64,000 nucleotides of DNA from Guillardia theta CCMP2712 (lineage: Eukaryota; Protista; Cryptophyta). The DNA is taken from the NCBI RefSeq assembly GCF_000315625.1, contig NW_005434668.1, forward strand, positions 505,808 through 569,807, written 5' to 3'. A program made the position numbers and the translations under genes. Each line of letters begins with the position of its first letter. Within the stretch, counting starts at the first letter, position 1. Below the pieces are notes generated by a model. The model ran no database searches and was not told the origin of the DNA. It saw only the letters and a list, made by a program, of their open reading frames with translations. Positions 37,605 through 51,404 of the stretch are shown piece by piece.

Positions 37605-38347
37605 CTTGCCGCTCCCCTAACTACCCCCACCCCCTATAAATTCCACCACCCCCTTCACCGACTACCACCCTTGTACACCTCCACCCCTGCTCTCTACGTG
37701 GGGGACCTGAATTTCGAGTGGTTACCCCACCCTCTTACATCAGGGTACCCCACGCATGACCTGCACTACCCCCTGGTATATGACCCCACCCTCGCATCAC
37801 CGCCATGAGGGCTGCGGACGTTACATCAAATTCTTTTTTAAGGGGTAGGGGGTAGTGCAAATATGGCAGAGCAGGTGAACAAGTGGGATCAAAAGGTTCC
37901 TTCTAGGGGTAGGGGTCCCGATTGTGAACTATAAATTGGGGGTGGGGTGGAAGAGTAGGGTAGGTGTTGTGCTGAGGACATTTTATGGCGAGCGAAGTGG
38001 GGCTGGGGAGGTAGGCGGGGATAGGAAGGGGGAGGAGGAGGAGAGAAGGAGGAGAGGAGGAGGAGAGGAGGAGAGGAGGAGGAGAGGAGGAGAGGAGGAG
38101 GAGAGGAGGGGGGGGGGGTAGAAGGAGGAGATGAGAGGAGAAGGAAGAAGGAGAGAGGAGAGACAAGATCGGTAAGATTCGAGAAGGTTGGTGGGGGCAT
38201 GTGAGAGGATGGGGAATGTGAAAACGTTCTGGCGCAGAAGAGATGCCAAACGTATGCAGAACCTGAAGGTAGGAGGGGAAGGGATGTTGAGGCGACTGGG
38301 GAGGCTCGATGGGAGATATTTCGCAAGATGTTGTTCTTGTTGGTTGG

Positions 38348-41084
38348 TTACATCTGAACGGAGACGGGATTGAATGAAAGAATATGCCTGCTTGCCTCGC
38401 CTTGAACGACAAGATCTGCCGCCCTCATGAGAGCGCTTTCCCAGCTCTTCACCCATGCTACGGGACGAAACAGGGTATACTCCGACCTGGCATCTCCGTA
38501 GTTGACGTCGCTGCTGTGCTTTCTTCGCGCCCGGTCGAGGTCTTCGCGGAGCAAGCGGAGTTTTCGAGCCGAACTTGTCAATCGAGTCAAAACCTGCGGC
38601 CATGTAAGTCAGATGGTCGCGCGCTCCCGCCTGTCGCATTCACCTGCTCGTAATCCTCCATGCTCCTCGCAACAGTGGTGCCCAATTGCATTCGTGAGAC
38701 TGAGGCAACTAGCCCAGCAGCTACACGGGCACTGAAGTCCTCCAGCGGGACTGTTACTAGCGGCGTTCCACACCAGAGAGCGTCGACGCCTGTCGTGTGA
38801 GCATTGAAGAGCTGGAGAAGGATGACGTCATAGCTAGCCCTCTATGCCTGAGAGACTCACCGGAGTGTCTACGAAGACGTCTGCCAAGCTCTTGATCTTG
38901 AACTCCAGCTGCCTGGAAACACGCTGAGTCGTTGCGAAGGATTGAGGAGTTAGGAACCGAGGGAAGAAGGTGCTCCATGCGATCCTTGTGACGTCCACGC
39001 CCTTATGTCGTGTCAGCACCGAAGCCGGGGCAAGAGCAAGGTACGTTGTCGGCAGCGAGCAGGGCGACGTTTGGAGGCGGCGTGGGGTCGAATTGCATGA
39101 TCCACAACTTGGCCTTGGGTACTTTCCTCTTCAAAACTTGGCTGAGTACGAGAAGAGGCAAGGGAATAAAAGACACCAGCAGGGTGATCCAGGTCTGCAA
39201 GGTGTCGGGGTCGCACTTGAACAACGTGTTCCACGAGCACATGATGACGTCATCATCCTCAAACCCGCTGAGCGTGTGATTGAAGCTGCAGCAGGTAAGA
39301 GGAGCAGGCCATGGAGGAAGATTTACCCGTCCTTGTCGAAGAAGAAGAGAGCTGACCCCGCCGACCTCAGGGTCTCTCCCAGCCGCTCCCTCCTCACTGA
39401 CACATCGGACTCCTGCTCGAGCTCTAGAGCTTCACGGCGAGAGAAGACATGGTCGTTGAGCATGTACGAGCCTGTCGCGTGCGGAGTCAGAAAGAAGCAG
39501 CACTGACAGCTCAGGACGACCGAGCGTGTAGAGCATGCGCTCCGTGTAGAACTCTGCATACTCAGGAGGCGATACAATTCGATCGGTTGCAACATAATGA
39601 ACGAAATCTGCCCCCATGGAGCCTGGGTAACCATGCCACTGTAGCTGAAAAGGACGCGAGGTTACACATAGTATGCAATTCAGCTCTGTGCTCCTTTTCT
39701 ACCTGCACAGGCGATGGCTCCATGGCAAGTACCTCTGTACATGGCCAAAGCGTCCAGCCCGTCAAGTCTACCAGCACGGCGATCTTAGAGGCACTGATCG
39801 ACTTCGCACTTTCAAACACATCCATCCTATCTTTGCATCAGCAACGTCGCGATGCCTGAGGTACCTCACTTGGTCATGTCATGAAAACTTTCACAATCCG
39901 TTCGAATCTGCTCTTGAGCAGGTGATCCATCCGTCCGACCGGGGAACGTGTGCGTTCCTCTCGCAAAGCAATGGACGTGGAACCTGACATGCCTCTCAGC
40001 GGCTCCCATACACTCCAGCCGAGCACAGACACCTGTGTCGATCGTGCATACCAAACAATCCGCGCACAAAGTTAGCAGTTGTCGTGTTTCCTTGGAAGCC
40101 TGAGCAGGAGAAGTAGCCAACTCTCAAGCGAGAGGACGGGGATAGGCTCATCCCTTCTTCCACGTCGAACTTGGGGAATTTGAAGCCTCGGACCGCCCTG
40201 TAAAGGTGTCACAAAGACGTGTTTGAAACACGTCGGCTACTGACCCCAACACGTTCCTTGACATGTACTGTACATTCTTTAACATATGGAAGGGCTTGAG
40301 CCCATACACGCTGGCCTGCCATGGCATGAACAGTTGATCACCTCGCTCCAGACATTCAACGAACAACTCTCGCAAGTGAGCTGAGTGATTCTTCCAGAAG
40401 CGGAAGTCAGCCGTTTTCTGCGCGAGCGTCAGAGCTGTGACCAAAGGCGTCCTGTGCCTGGGATTGAGCGAGACGGCAGCCGATGTTGCTTCCAGTGCTT
40501 GCCGGTAAAATTGCTGTGCGAGATGAGGTTGGCTTGCAAGGTTGCCGAGGGAGATGAGCGAAGAGCCCTTGTTGTTGTAGGCCTCTAAGAAGTCAGGCTT
40601 CAATTTCGTCGCTGCCTCATGCAGCTTGACCGACAGCTCAAAGAGGTTTCTTGAAGAAACGAAGTTCCCCATGAGGTAATACGAGTCAGCGTCGAGCGTG
40701 CCTCTTCGAATCGCCATGGCGTGATACTCCGCAGCCCTCGCAGCATCCCCGTACATCCGTTCCAAGATTATTCCAATGTGCGAAAATGCACGCGGATCCT
40801 GTGGGCCCAGCCGAGTTGCAGTAAGAAGAGCATCAATAGCCAGCTCTAGAGCCCCCCGATCTCTCAGAAGGATCCCAGCATCAATCCATCGGTCTACTGA
40901 TGTCAAGGACGTAGCGAACTTTGCATCCAATGAGCTGCGTGAGTCTACCAAGTCAGCCAAGTCGTCCTGCAGGAGATCTTGTCACAGCAGAGAGATCCTA
41001 GCCAAACTGTACCTGAGCTAGCGCCATGACCACGACGAGGATTGAGAGCAAGTCTCTTATCTGTAACCCACGGAAACCTCTCAT
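38348..41084 (-). CDS. TPR + glycosyltransferase family 41 (OGT/SPINDLY-like) protein with predicted signal peptide; multi-exon
   Basis: TPR repeats (LKPDFLEAYNNKGSSL); IAVLVDLTGWT, EVLAMEPSPVQ, GSMGADFVHYVATDRIVSPPEYAEFYTE, FKCDPDTLQTW, ADVFVDTP match the GT41 catalytic region; start MRGFRGLQIRDLLSILVVVMALAQ. Confidence 0.8.
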
Positions 41085-42315
41085 CCTGAGTTCGGATTGC
41101 AGGATCGTACAACAAGAAGGAAGTTCAGTAGTCCTCAGTCTACTGAATCACATGCAAACCATGTTGTCCTACGTCTCTTGCCATTTTCTGTTTGTGGACT
41201 TCTAATGACCATTTCATCCAAATCGCGTCCCAAGACGTGTCGTGAGTATGTCAGGTAAGGGCCCATCAAGTCCGATCAACCCAGTCAGCAGTACATTCGT
41301 GTCCTCCTCCACCTCTCTCGCTCTTCTCCTCGCTCCTCCTCTCCATCCGGCCTGCCAAGCGCTGGCATCTTGTCGGAGAGAAGAGACTGGTACAAACAGT
41401 TATCACTCTCGTTGAATTGTAACGAAGAGTCGTTATATTACCGTTATCCTCTGCTGTCTCTCGCGGACTTGCCAGCTCAGCCCCAGAAAAGAAATTCGAT
41501 CTGGGGTACTGCACAAGCAAAATACTTTGATAAGACCCTATATAAATTCAAAATTGTTATTTCATATAGTTTAGTTACTCAATTACTGATACAATTTTAA
41601 CTAAACTATATGTGATGTGTGAAATTGTAGGACCCCTTCTTCATCATCCTCGTGCGCGTCGCCATGGGGGATGAATGAGGGAGGGGAAGGGATGCAGCTA
41701 CTGCGCTTCTCCTCCTCCTCTTTCGACATCAACACCGACACCAACACCAACATCAACATCAACAACATCAATCTCATTAACCTCGATCAATTCTTTTATC
41801 ATGCTCCATTTTTGTTCTTTGACTCGCCCCCTGTCGTTTGCCTTGTCACCGCTATTCCTTAACAGGCTCTTGACATCTTCAAACATTCTTCTTTTGATAG
41901 CTGATTTACTCCTCTTTGTCTTGTCAGTTTCTTCCTTCTGCCTACGTGATATATCCCGTATTCATTCTCTCTACTCCCCTTTGCTGTTCATCAACTTGGA
42001 CGATCCTGTATGGGATTTCTAGTACATGTGTTTGAACGTATTCTTGTTGTTGAATTGATACTTTCACGTCATCTCTCTGTGCCAAACTTCTACAAATGTG
42101 ATTCTGCTGGAAGAGCTGTAAATTTCACACGAGTGCATTTCGTAAAGAGTCATGCTGATGTTGAACTTGACGTTATCGTGAATGTTTGAAAAGCCATGAT
42201 GGATGACATTTCTTACGCGTTACGACAGGTTGAGTGTGACGCCTTGTCCTGTGACCAGCTGGTGGTATCGAGCAGCTGGAATTAGTGGAGTTTCAACTTC
42301 ACTGATCTCGTTGAA

Positions 42316-45300
42316 ATGTCCGCCAGCAACTCAGAATTCCTCACGAAGTTTGAGACAAAGAGTAATCGTGTGAAAGGTTTGAGCTTCCATCCTCGTAGAC
42401 CATGGATCGTTGCGAGTTTGCACAACGGTGTGATCCAGCTGTGGGATTATCGTATGGGAACCCTCCTTGATCGCTTTGAAGAGCACGAGGGGCCAGTGCG
42501 TGGGGTGAATTTCCATCAGACGCAGCCACTTCTTGTATCGGGTGGTGATGATTACAAGATCAAGATCTGGAATTACAAGCTCAGACGATGCCTGAAGCCT
42601 GACTTGTTGGGGCATCTTGACTACATCAGGACTGTTCAGTTCCACCACGAATATCCGTGGGTGGTCAGCTCTTCTGACGATCAGACTGTGCGTATCTGGG
42701 ATTGGCAGCAGTCTGGCCGACCATGTCTTGTAGTGCTCACTGGCCATAATCATTACGTGATGTCTGTTCAATTTCATCCAAGAGAAGATCTCATCGTTTC
42801 TGCATCGTTGGATCAGACAGTCAGAGTGTGGGATATTTCTGGCCTCAAGAAGAAGTATGTTGGACACGGTGTGGACGACATGCAAGGACAAACCAGCGTC
42901 CCGAAGATTGGTGCTGACCTTTTTGGGAGCACAGATACCACTGTGAAATATCTCCTTGAAGGCCATGATCGCGGAGTGAATTGGGCATCATTCCACCACA
43001 CGCTTCCCCTCATTGTGTCGGGGGCGGATGACAGGCAAGTCAAGCTGTGGAGGATGAACGACTCCAAGGCTTGGGAAGTAGACACGCTTCGTGGACACGT
43101 GAACAACGTGTCTTGCGTTCTTTTCCATCCCAAGCAAGAGCTGATCATCAGTAACTCCGAGGATAAGTCCATCCGAGTGTGGGACATGTCCAAACGCACT
43201 GGTGTGCAGACATTCCGACGGGAACAAGACCGATTCTGGATCCTAGCAGTTCACAAGGACCAAGGTCTTCTTGCTGCTGGTCATGACAGTGGCATGCTCG
43301 TGTTCAAACTTGATCGTGAGAGACCTGCCTTTGCAATGAATGAGGGCGGGCCCAATACAGGCTCTCAGCTGCTCTACGTCAAGGAGAGATACTTGAGAAT
43401 GTTTGAGCCTGGTTCAGGACGAGACATTCCCCTTGTGTCTATCCGAAGGTCATCGGGTCCAAACAGTGCCCCCCGTTCCATGGTTTACAACGAGGCTGAG
43501 AGGAGCGTCTTGATGTGCACAGACGCCGAAGGCGGATCCTACGAATTGTACCAGATCCCTCGCGATGCCTCCAAGGGCGCACAGGAATCTGTGGACTCTA
43601 AACGGGGTCTTGGATTGGCAGCTGTCTTTGTGGCTCGGAACCGATTCGCTGTTTTGGACAAGAGCAGGCAGATTCTGATCAAGAACCTGAGCAATGAGGT
43701 GACCAAGAAACTCTCACCACCCCATGCAACTACGGACATGATTTTCTATGCTGGAACTGGCATGTTGCTTTGCAAAGCAGAAGACAAGATCACTCTCTTT
43801 GATTTGCAGCAGAAACGGGCCATGGGAGAGATCACTTGCCCTAATGTCAAATATGTTGTTTGGGCGAGCGACATGAAACACGTTGCGTTCCTGAGTAAGC
43901 ACACCGTGGTATTGGCAAGAAGGGATGCCCAAAAGCTGGAGCATTTGGCCACTGTCCACGAGACCATTCGTGTCAAAAGTGGTGTCTGGGAAGAAGGAAG
44001 CACCAAGGCCTTCATCTACACGACTTTGAACCATGTTAAGTTCTGTTTGACTCAAGGGGACAGCGGCATTATCAGAACCCTTGAAGCCCCAGTATATCTC
44101 TGCAAAGTGATGGGAAACAAACTCTTCTGCTTGGATCGGGAAAGCAACACTCTGACGCTTTCTATTGACAAGACGGAATTTTTGTTCAAAGTGGCATTGC
44201 TGGATCGCAACTATGATGAAGTTCTTAGAATCATCAAGCGCTCCAAACTTTGTGGGCAGGCAATTATTGGATATCTTCAGAAGAAGGGCTTTCCAGAAGT
44301 TGCGCTTCAGTTCGTGAATGATGAAAAGACGAGATTCAATCTCGCGATTGAATGTGGCAACATTGAAGTTGCATTGGCGTCGGCTTCAGCGCTGGATGAC
44401 AAGGACTGCTGGCACAAACTTGGTGTTGAGGCTCTCCGACAAGGAAATCATCAAATTGTGGAGATGGCATATCAAAAGACCAAAGACTTTGAGAGATTGT
44501 CATTCCTGTATTTGATCACAGGCAATACCGAGAAGCTCAACAAGATGTTACGGATCGCTGAGATGAGGGGTGACGTCATGGGAAGATTCCACAATGCTTT
44601 GTACCTCGGTGATGTGAATGAGAGGATCAAGATTTTGAAGGATCAGCAACAGCTTGCTCTGGCCTACCTCACTGCTGTGACCCATGGAGTTACAGATGCT
44701 GCAGCAGAGATTGAAGCTCTGATTCCGGAGGAACTGCTACCTTCGTGTAAGCCGAAAGCTGACGCTTCTCTTCTGTTCCCTCCAACCCCAATCTTCAGAG
44801 AGAACAATTGGCCGTTGCTGCGTGTCTCCAAGGGCTACTTTGATGGACCTGTCGAGAAAGTGAGCGAGTCGAAGCTCAACGAAGAGTTGGATGGAGATAT
44901 TGGTGGTGGATGGGGTGGAGATGACTTGGATTTGCCCGGTGAAGGTGGAGGCGATGTTGTCCAAGAAGAGGATGCGGACATGGGCGGAGAAGGATGGGGC
45001 GGAGATGGCGTGGATCTCGAGGATGGAACAGGAGAGACCGGGGATGGATGGGGTATCGATGAACTGGATCTGGATCTCCCAGGTGGGGGAGCAGCCACAG
45101 GCAAGAGTCCGGGAGGAAACGTTGGAGGATTTTTTGCCCCGCCTACGATGGGAACACCAGCAGCTCTTCGGTGGCAACAGGCTTCCAATGTAAGTTTCAC
45201 TCTCAGGAGACCGTGCTCCCCCTTACCTCCTGTTCTAGGTACCTGGCGAGCATGTCGCTGCCGGTTCCTTCCAGAGTGCGATGGAGTTGATGAACCGACA

Positions 45301-46585
45301 AGCCGGTGTGGTCAACTTCGAGCCGATGAAACCTGTGAGTCCATGCAAGCTGAACCATGATAGCTCATAGTGCGTTACAGATCTTCACAAGCGTCTACCT
45401 AGGTGCTCAGGTGCAACTCGAGTTTCAATACCTCGACTTTGAGACTGATCATTTTTCCATTTCAGTCCTTCTTGTCTGGAAGTCCAGGTGCCGCTATCAT
45501 GGAATGCGCGATGCATCGCAACAACGAAAATTATTTCTGGAGTGCAAGAGGTCGTGAACTCGAGAATCTCTTTGTCCTGTGCTTATGGCGCGTCTACAGG
45601 TACTGATGGAATGCCTGCGGTCTGTGCAACAGTGCCTACTCTTACCGACCGTATCAAGTCTGGATACAAGGCCTTCACTGAGGGCAAGCTTCCTGAAGCC
45701 TTGCAGATCTTTGTCTACTCGTTGCAGGTACAATAGATGACTTGAGCTGGTGTTTATCCTGACGTCACCAATTCAAGTCGGTTCTGGTCGCGTGTGTTGA
45801 TTCAAAGCAAGAGCTTGACGAGCTGCGAGAACAAATGGGCATCTGCAAGGAGTACATCACGGCGATCATCTTGGAGACAACGAGGCGCGAGCAGTTCAAG
45901 GAAGATCCGACCCGCAACGTCGAGTTGGCGGCTTACCTCACGTAATCTCCTTTGTGACATGGGGGATTGAGTCAGCTCATTCTCCTCTTGTGCAGGCACT
46001 GCAACTTGCAGCCCTTGCACTTGCTCATCTCGCTGAGGTCGGCCATGAGCAGTTCAGTGAAGATCAAGAACTACAACACGGCTGGGTCGTTCTGTCGCAG
46101 GTTCGTATTGACAAGGCAGAGATATCAAAATACTAAGAAGCTATTTACAAGGCTGTTGGAATTGAACCCCAAGGCTGAGCACAAGGAGCAAGCTCTGAAA
46201 GTTCTCAAAGTGTGCGAGGCGAACCGTTCCAACGAAGTTGAGCTGCAGTATGACGAGCGAAACCCTTTCGTTGTGTGCACGTGAGTCCCCTGCCGTCATA
46301 CTTGCCGCCATGCTGGCCTTCTCTCCTATGACTCTGGCCCTGCAGAAAAAGCTTCGTTCCGATATACCGCGGCAAGCCTATTACGTATGCCTTGAACTCC
46401 CAGTCTCACTTCGGCTAATTGCTGCTCACAGGCGCTGTGGATTCTGTTCGGCTCCCTTCGATCCTGCGTTCAAGGGCCAGGTGTGCGCAGTCTGCCAAGT
46501 CGGAGAGATTGGCTTGAAGGGAACGGGGCTGATCAACTCAAGACACCAACGGAACAAGGTAGAAGGCGTTGAGAGTCGACATTGA
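42316..46585 (+). CDS. COPA: Coatomer subunit alpha; multi-exon 3' part
   Basis: [91 protein letters not shown]-terminal [10 protein letters not shown]. Confidence 0.98.
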
Positions 46586-46689
46586 TGTATGACCTGTTGA
46601 CAGCAATCCTCCAACGACATGGGAGACTTTGATGATTGAGCGGGATAGCCCCAATCCGCACGCTCTTCCCGACTGCTGGCCTGGTCTCA

Positions 46690-49087
46690 TTACACGCTTG
46701 CAATGAAGGGTGTTTCGTCCACTACAAGAGTTTGATGCCAGTAGGGAAGTGTGTTGAATCTCACCACCTGCGCTCCTGTAAGACTTTTCTTTTCTTCTTT
46801 CAACATCACCTTAGAGTCTTCGAGCATCGCCCGAACGGCTAAGTAGTGCACGGGGCCATCGCCCCAGCGATGACGGAAAAACCCTCCTGAGTCATCGAGG
46901 GCTTTGAAGATAGCGAGATACTCCTGCGAGCGCCACACAGCCATGGCGCTAACCTCGAAGTTGGTGTAGAAGAATGTCCTGGACCCTCGTGAGATTCGGC
47001 GCAGGTCGACTTATCCACACCTTCCCCACGCTTTTTGCGATCCAACAGCGGGCAGGTTGGGCAACTTCAGTCTGAACCATCTGTGAGCTACATCTCTCCG
47101 AATGGTCAGGTTGCTCTCACCTGGTCGCCTCCTGCATGAACGTCTCCCACAGATTCACAACGAACTTGCGTTCCTCACGACCTGTCGTGATGTACCCATA
47201 AGATTGCTGGCGGTCAGCCAAGTGCTGGATCGGGTCGAGGGGGAGTGGAGCGATGAAGAAAGAGTCAACGTCGAGCCGCATGTAGAAGTCCAGGCTCTGC
47301 CAAGAAGCTGAGAGGAGAATGTTTGTACAGGTAGGGGCTGCCTGCATTGCTGGATGGTTGTAAATCGGCCCAGAGAAAAATCGACACATGGCTCGGTAGC
47401 CAAGACCGTAGCCTAGAAACTTTCTAGAGAAATTCCCGTGCTTGTCCTGTTGGTCCGATGGGACATCCATGTTAATCTGAGGAGACAAATTAGAACTGCA
47501 GGTTGCCGACGACAACACCTTGTGAAATGAGATGTTCAGGTTGGGTCGGTTCAACTGCAGTATGGTAGACTCTTCAAGGAAGTCATAAAAAACATAGACG
47601 GGATAATAGCGGTGTAATGTGAAGTAATTCTTCTCAAGCAAGTTTAGACTCTGATCGACATGTTAATATCAATGCGATCCGCGTTCACCGAACCTGATTC
47701 AAGTCTTGAATATCCTCGTCAGCCTTAGAAGTAAGGTATACAATTGCAGCTGACAGCGACTGATCAGACTGTGCGATGCTGATAATTCTCCTCTCTTTCA
47801 GTTGATGTAGATCGTCATCATGCCATACGATTGAGGACGGGAAGGCTTCAGCAGTCATGCCTTCCCGCACTCTCAGCAGGTCGTGATAGTACCCGACCTC
47901 ACCTTCCGGCTGCTATGTCCGTCAAACAGTTGGAAAGTCAAGAGTGATCATGAAAGCACCTGGCGCAACCATCGCAGCAGCTCCCTGGCATGAAAGTGGT
48001 CCCCTTGCCTCATCAGAGTCGTGGCGGCAGCAACGAACGGGAAGGGATGCGAAGGATCCGACAGGAAAGCTCGCCTGCGCCGCAAGATGAGCCGGTCAGA
48101 GAGTGGCTCGAGAGCCTTTGAGCTTACTTGAAGAAGGCAAGAGCTTCTGCTGCTTCTCCTTGACGAGAATATGCCATGCCGAGGGAGATTAGAGTGTCTA
48201 CCTGTGCAAGAAATCAGAAAACAAATCATTTACTGCAACTTCCCACACATCCTCCATCGCTTCCAACGCCTTTCTCCACAAAACCACAGCATTCTCCCAG
48301 TCATCCTCATCTGAATACACTTTTCCAAGGTTGAATTGAAACTTGGACAAGCTTGAGTTGGAGATGAAACCTATGTTTCTGCTAGAGAAGTTAAAAAAGA
48401 CTTCGATATTGCTCCGAATTACTTGTAAGTGAGATCGATTGCTGCAGCACAGAAACCTTTCGCCTCCGCAGTCCTTCCAAAGTTTCGCAGGACATTGCAA
48501 ACGTCATTGTAGAGATGCACAGCTGCTCTGTCTACGTACGACGTGTCGGACAGCTTGACTCGTCGGATCGCAGCTAACGAATGCTTCAAAACTCTCAGAG
48601 CTGACGATGGAAAACCTTCGTCCCGAAAGTTGTAGGCTATCTTGCAGCCGAACATGGTAAGGTCTGTCACGAACTTTTTGAGATGACCGGAAGGATACGT
48701 GCGTCCTGCTGAGTTGAGAACGCTGTTTGCTACTCGAGATGCCAACACCAGTGCTTGGAAAGACAAGAATTCGTTGGGCCGCAGGGTCTCCTCTGCGTTG
48801 TCTTTCACGTTTGACTTTCCATTCTCACAATCTGCCAACATGCGCAGCGAGATGTACTCCATCTCCTCGTCCCTTTTCTCTCTTGACATTCTGAGCAACG
48901 TGCGTGCCGCTCTTGCTGCCATGTCGAAATTACCCTGCTGAGAAAGTTGAACGGCCTCCCTCAGCACGTCGCTGTCTGAGAGCTCGTGAGCTCCCACCAT
49001 CAACACGAAAGCAGCAATAGCGAGCATGACGAAGCATGATGGCACAGCCCTTGCATATAAGCTGAAGAGCATTCGCCCTAGCTTCAT
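46690..49087 (-). CDS. TPR-like domain + GT15 (KRE2/MNT1-type alpha-1,2-mannosyltransferase); multi-exon
   Basis: YRAMCRFFSG, DFYMRLDVD, FYTNFE, GGFFRHRWGDGPV are GT15 motifs; N-terminal hydrophobic segment and TPR-like helices (FNLGKVYSDEDDWENAVVLWRKALE). Confidence 0.75.
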
Positions 49088-49627
49088 CCTGCGATAGAAC
49101 CAAAGGAGGAAACCTTCATCTAGTTTCGCGGAAATCAACCATGTGTTCAGCCTTCTGATAGTAAGGAGCGAGACAGGTGTAGCGTCTTGCTCGCCCTCTT
49201 CTCTCCCTCTTGCTCTTCTCTCCTCCACTCTCACTCCTCCATCGTTCGCCGCTCTCGAAGTTCATCCTAGCAAATGCTTGGTTCAGGAAGCGGAAGGGGT
49301 GATTTTCAGGGAGGAAAGTGGGGTAGGGTACGCGTGGTTTGTGGGATACGAGAGCAACTTTCAGGGGATGACGAACTCGTGGATGAAAGGGAGGGAGCAG
49401 CGAAGAGACGAGCAGAACAGAACAGAACAGAACAGAGGAGGGAGGGGAGCGGAGGGTAGAAGAGGAGCGCGGAGGAGAGGAGAGGGGAGGAGAGCGGAGG
49501 AGAGCGGAAGAGAGGAGAGCGGAGCGGAGAAGAGGAGAGCGGAGCGGAGCGCGGAGGGGAGGAGAGCGGAGCGCGGAGGGGAGGAGAGGGGGCGGAGGTA
49601 TTGGAGAATACGAGATGAAAGGCGATG

Positions 49628-50933
49628 ATGACAGACGAGCATCTGTGTAGCTGATCCCTCTTTCATCTGTGACAAGAGTTTGTCGAGGACGTTGGAATTC
49701 TTGACGTCAGCATCGAAGATACTCGGAGCTTGTGATGCCGTCATTACCAACAGAGGTTTCTCTCTTAAACTAAATCAGCATGATGACTGACATTCTTTAC
49801 AGCAATGCAACTCGAAAGGGTACTTCCCACTACACGCTCACAAGCTGCGGAAGAAGACATACAAGATCCTCATGCTGTACAAACAAAGCGCTTGAACCGA
49901 AATGAAATTAATGCTACAATAAAATCAAGACGATTTCTAAGGGTGTGCGAGGTTGCCGCAATCAATCCCCTTCTTGTAATCAATTTCTTGCGGCGTGTTG
50001 TAAATGAAAGAATCGAACGTGAAGAATGTAACAGCTGTGTATAGATCTCCACACACTCCGAACAAGAAGCAATAAAATAAATAAGATGTATGTACATGGG
50101 AAATTCAAGAGGGGGTATAGAGACCAAAGCTAACACCACATGTGATTCCTCTCTGCATCATGAATTGATGATACATCACAAACCAACGGAATGTCATGAA
50201 GGGTAAGATCAGCTGTCGGAATTCGAAAAGAAGCAAGCATGAATTAAATTTGAAACCAGTCAATGTCTTGCAAGTCATTCCATTCACTTTCTCTTCTTCC
50301 TGTTGAGTGCTGCAACAAATGCAGAGACTTTGCTGTCAATCTCTCCATCTTCATGCGCTTGTAGCAGGCTCTTTTTCCTGCCCTGATCGTCCTGGTTGCT
50401 ACTCTCCTTCTCCTCTCCTGGCACCTTCAATGTAGTCAAGTCGAACAAGCAGCACAAGTCATCGAAACCGTACAGCTCTCTCGCCGTCTTTCCCGTAAAG
50501 TTTGCTTTTGACCATCTCCAGAAATTGACCTTCAGGGGTGTCCTTGAGTTGCTGCACTAGGTGAACTTCCCGCCTGGTGGCTGACGTAGAGGAATCACGT
50601 TGGAATCAAAACAAGCAAACGCACTTGCTACCTGCTCTGCGCCTTAGAATCTCTTTCAGAGCTCGTTCTCGTGTCAGCAGCGTCTTGTCAAGTTGTTCGA
50701 AGCAAGCATCAGTGAATATGATGGTACTCATCGCTTCGTCAAGCTCGTGGTCCACCTTCAACAGCTTGCTCTCTATCTCTTGAGATTTCTTGAGCATGTC
50801 TGCTGGATTGTCGTGCCTCTCATTCTTCTCCATTTTGCAGAACTGGTAGAACTTCACGACAACAAACTCAGATGCTGCTCTGTCGTTCACTTCCTCTCAT
50901 GTCACGAATGTCAAGGCGTCTCGTCGTCGATCA
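49628..50933 (-). CDS. Hypothetical multi-exon protein with a hydrophobic segment
   Basis: Coding-like exons 50606-50890 and 49870-50287; no family recognised. Confidence 0.3.
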
Positions 50934-51404
50934 TGTCGGTTCGGCAGGAAGAGCGAGGTATATCGCAAAGGGAGAGTCACAGAGGCGCCGACGGGTGCGC
51001 GAAGCCGGGCGGAGTGAATGAAGAGCAACTAGCAGCAGGAGGGAGACAAGATGGTTAGAGGCGGGAGGGTGGCGAGCGAGTTGGAGAGGTGGGGGGGGGG
51101 GAGGGCTTGGATATGCGCGGCAGTGAGGAGGGCCGGGAGTCAAATTCATAGTGCCAGGCGTGTGAGGGAAAGAGAGGCGGGGCGGCAGTGTGGGTGAGGG
51201 GGAAGAGGGTGAGGGGGGAGAGGGTGAGGGGGAAGAGGAAGATCACAAAGGAATGAGGGGAAGGAGAGAAGACAAGGAAAAAGTATATTTCAGCTGTTCA
51301 AGCTTGTCATGTGAAGGAGCCCCATGAAGCATTGAGGGACTGAAACATCTCATGATATAGATTACTGATTGCAACATTTACTGATGGCAACAAGAATCCT
51401 TGGC

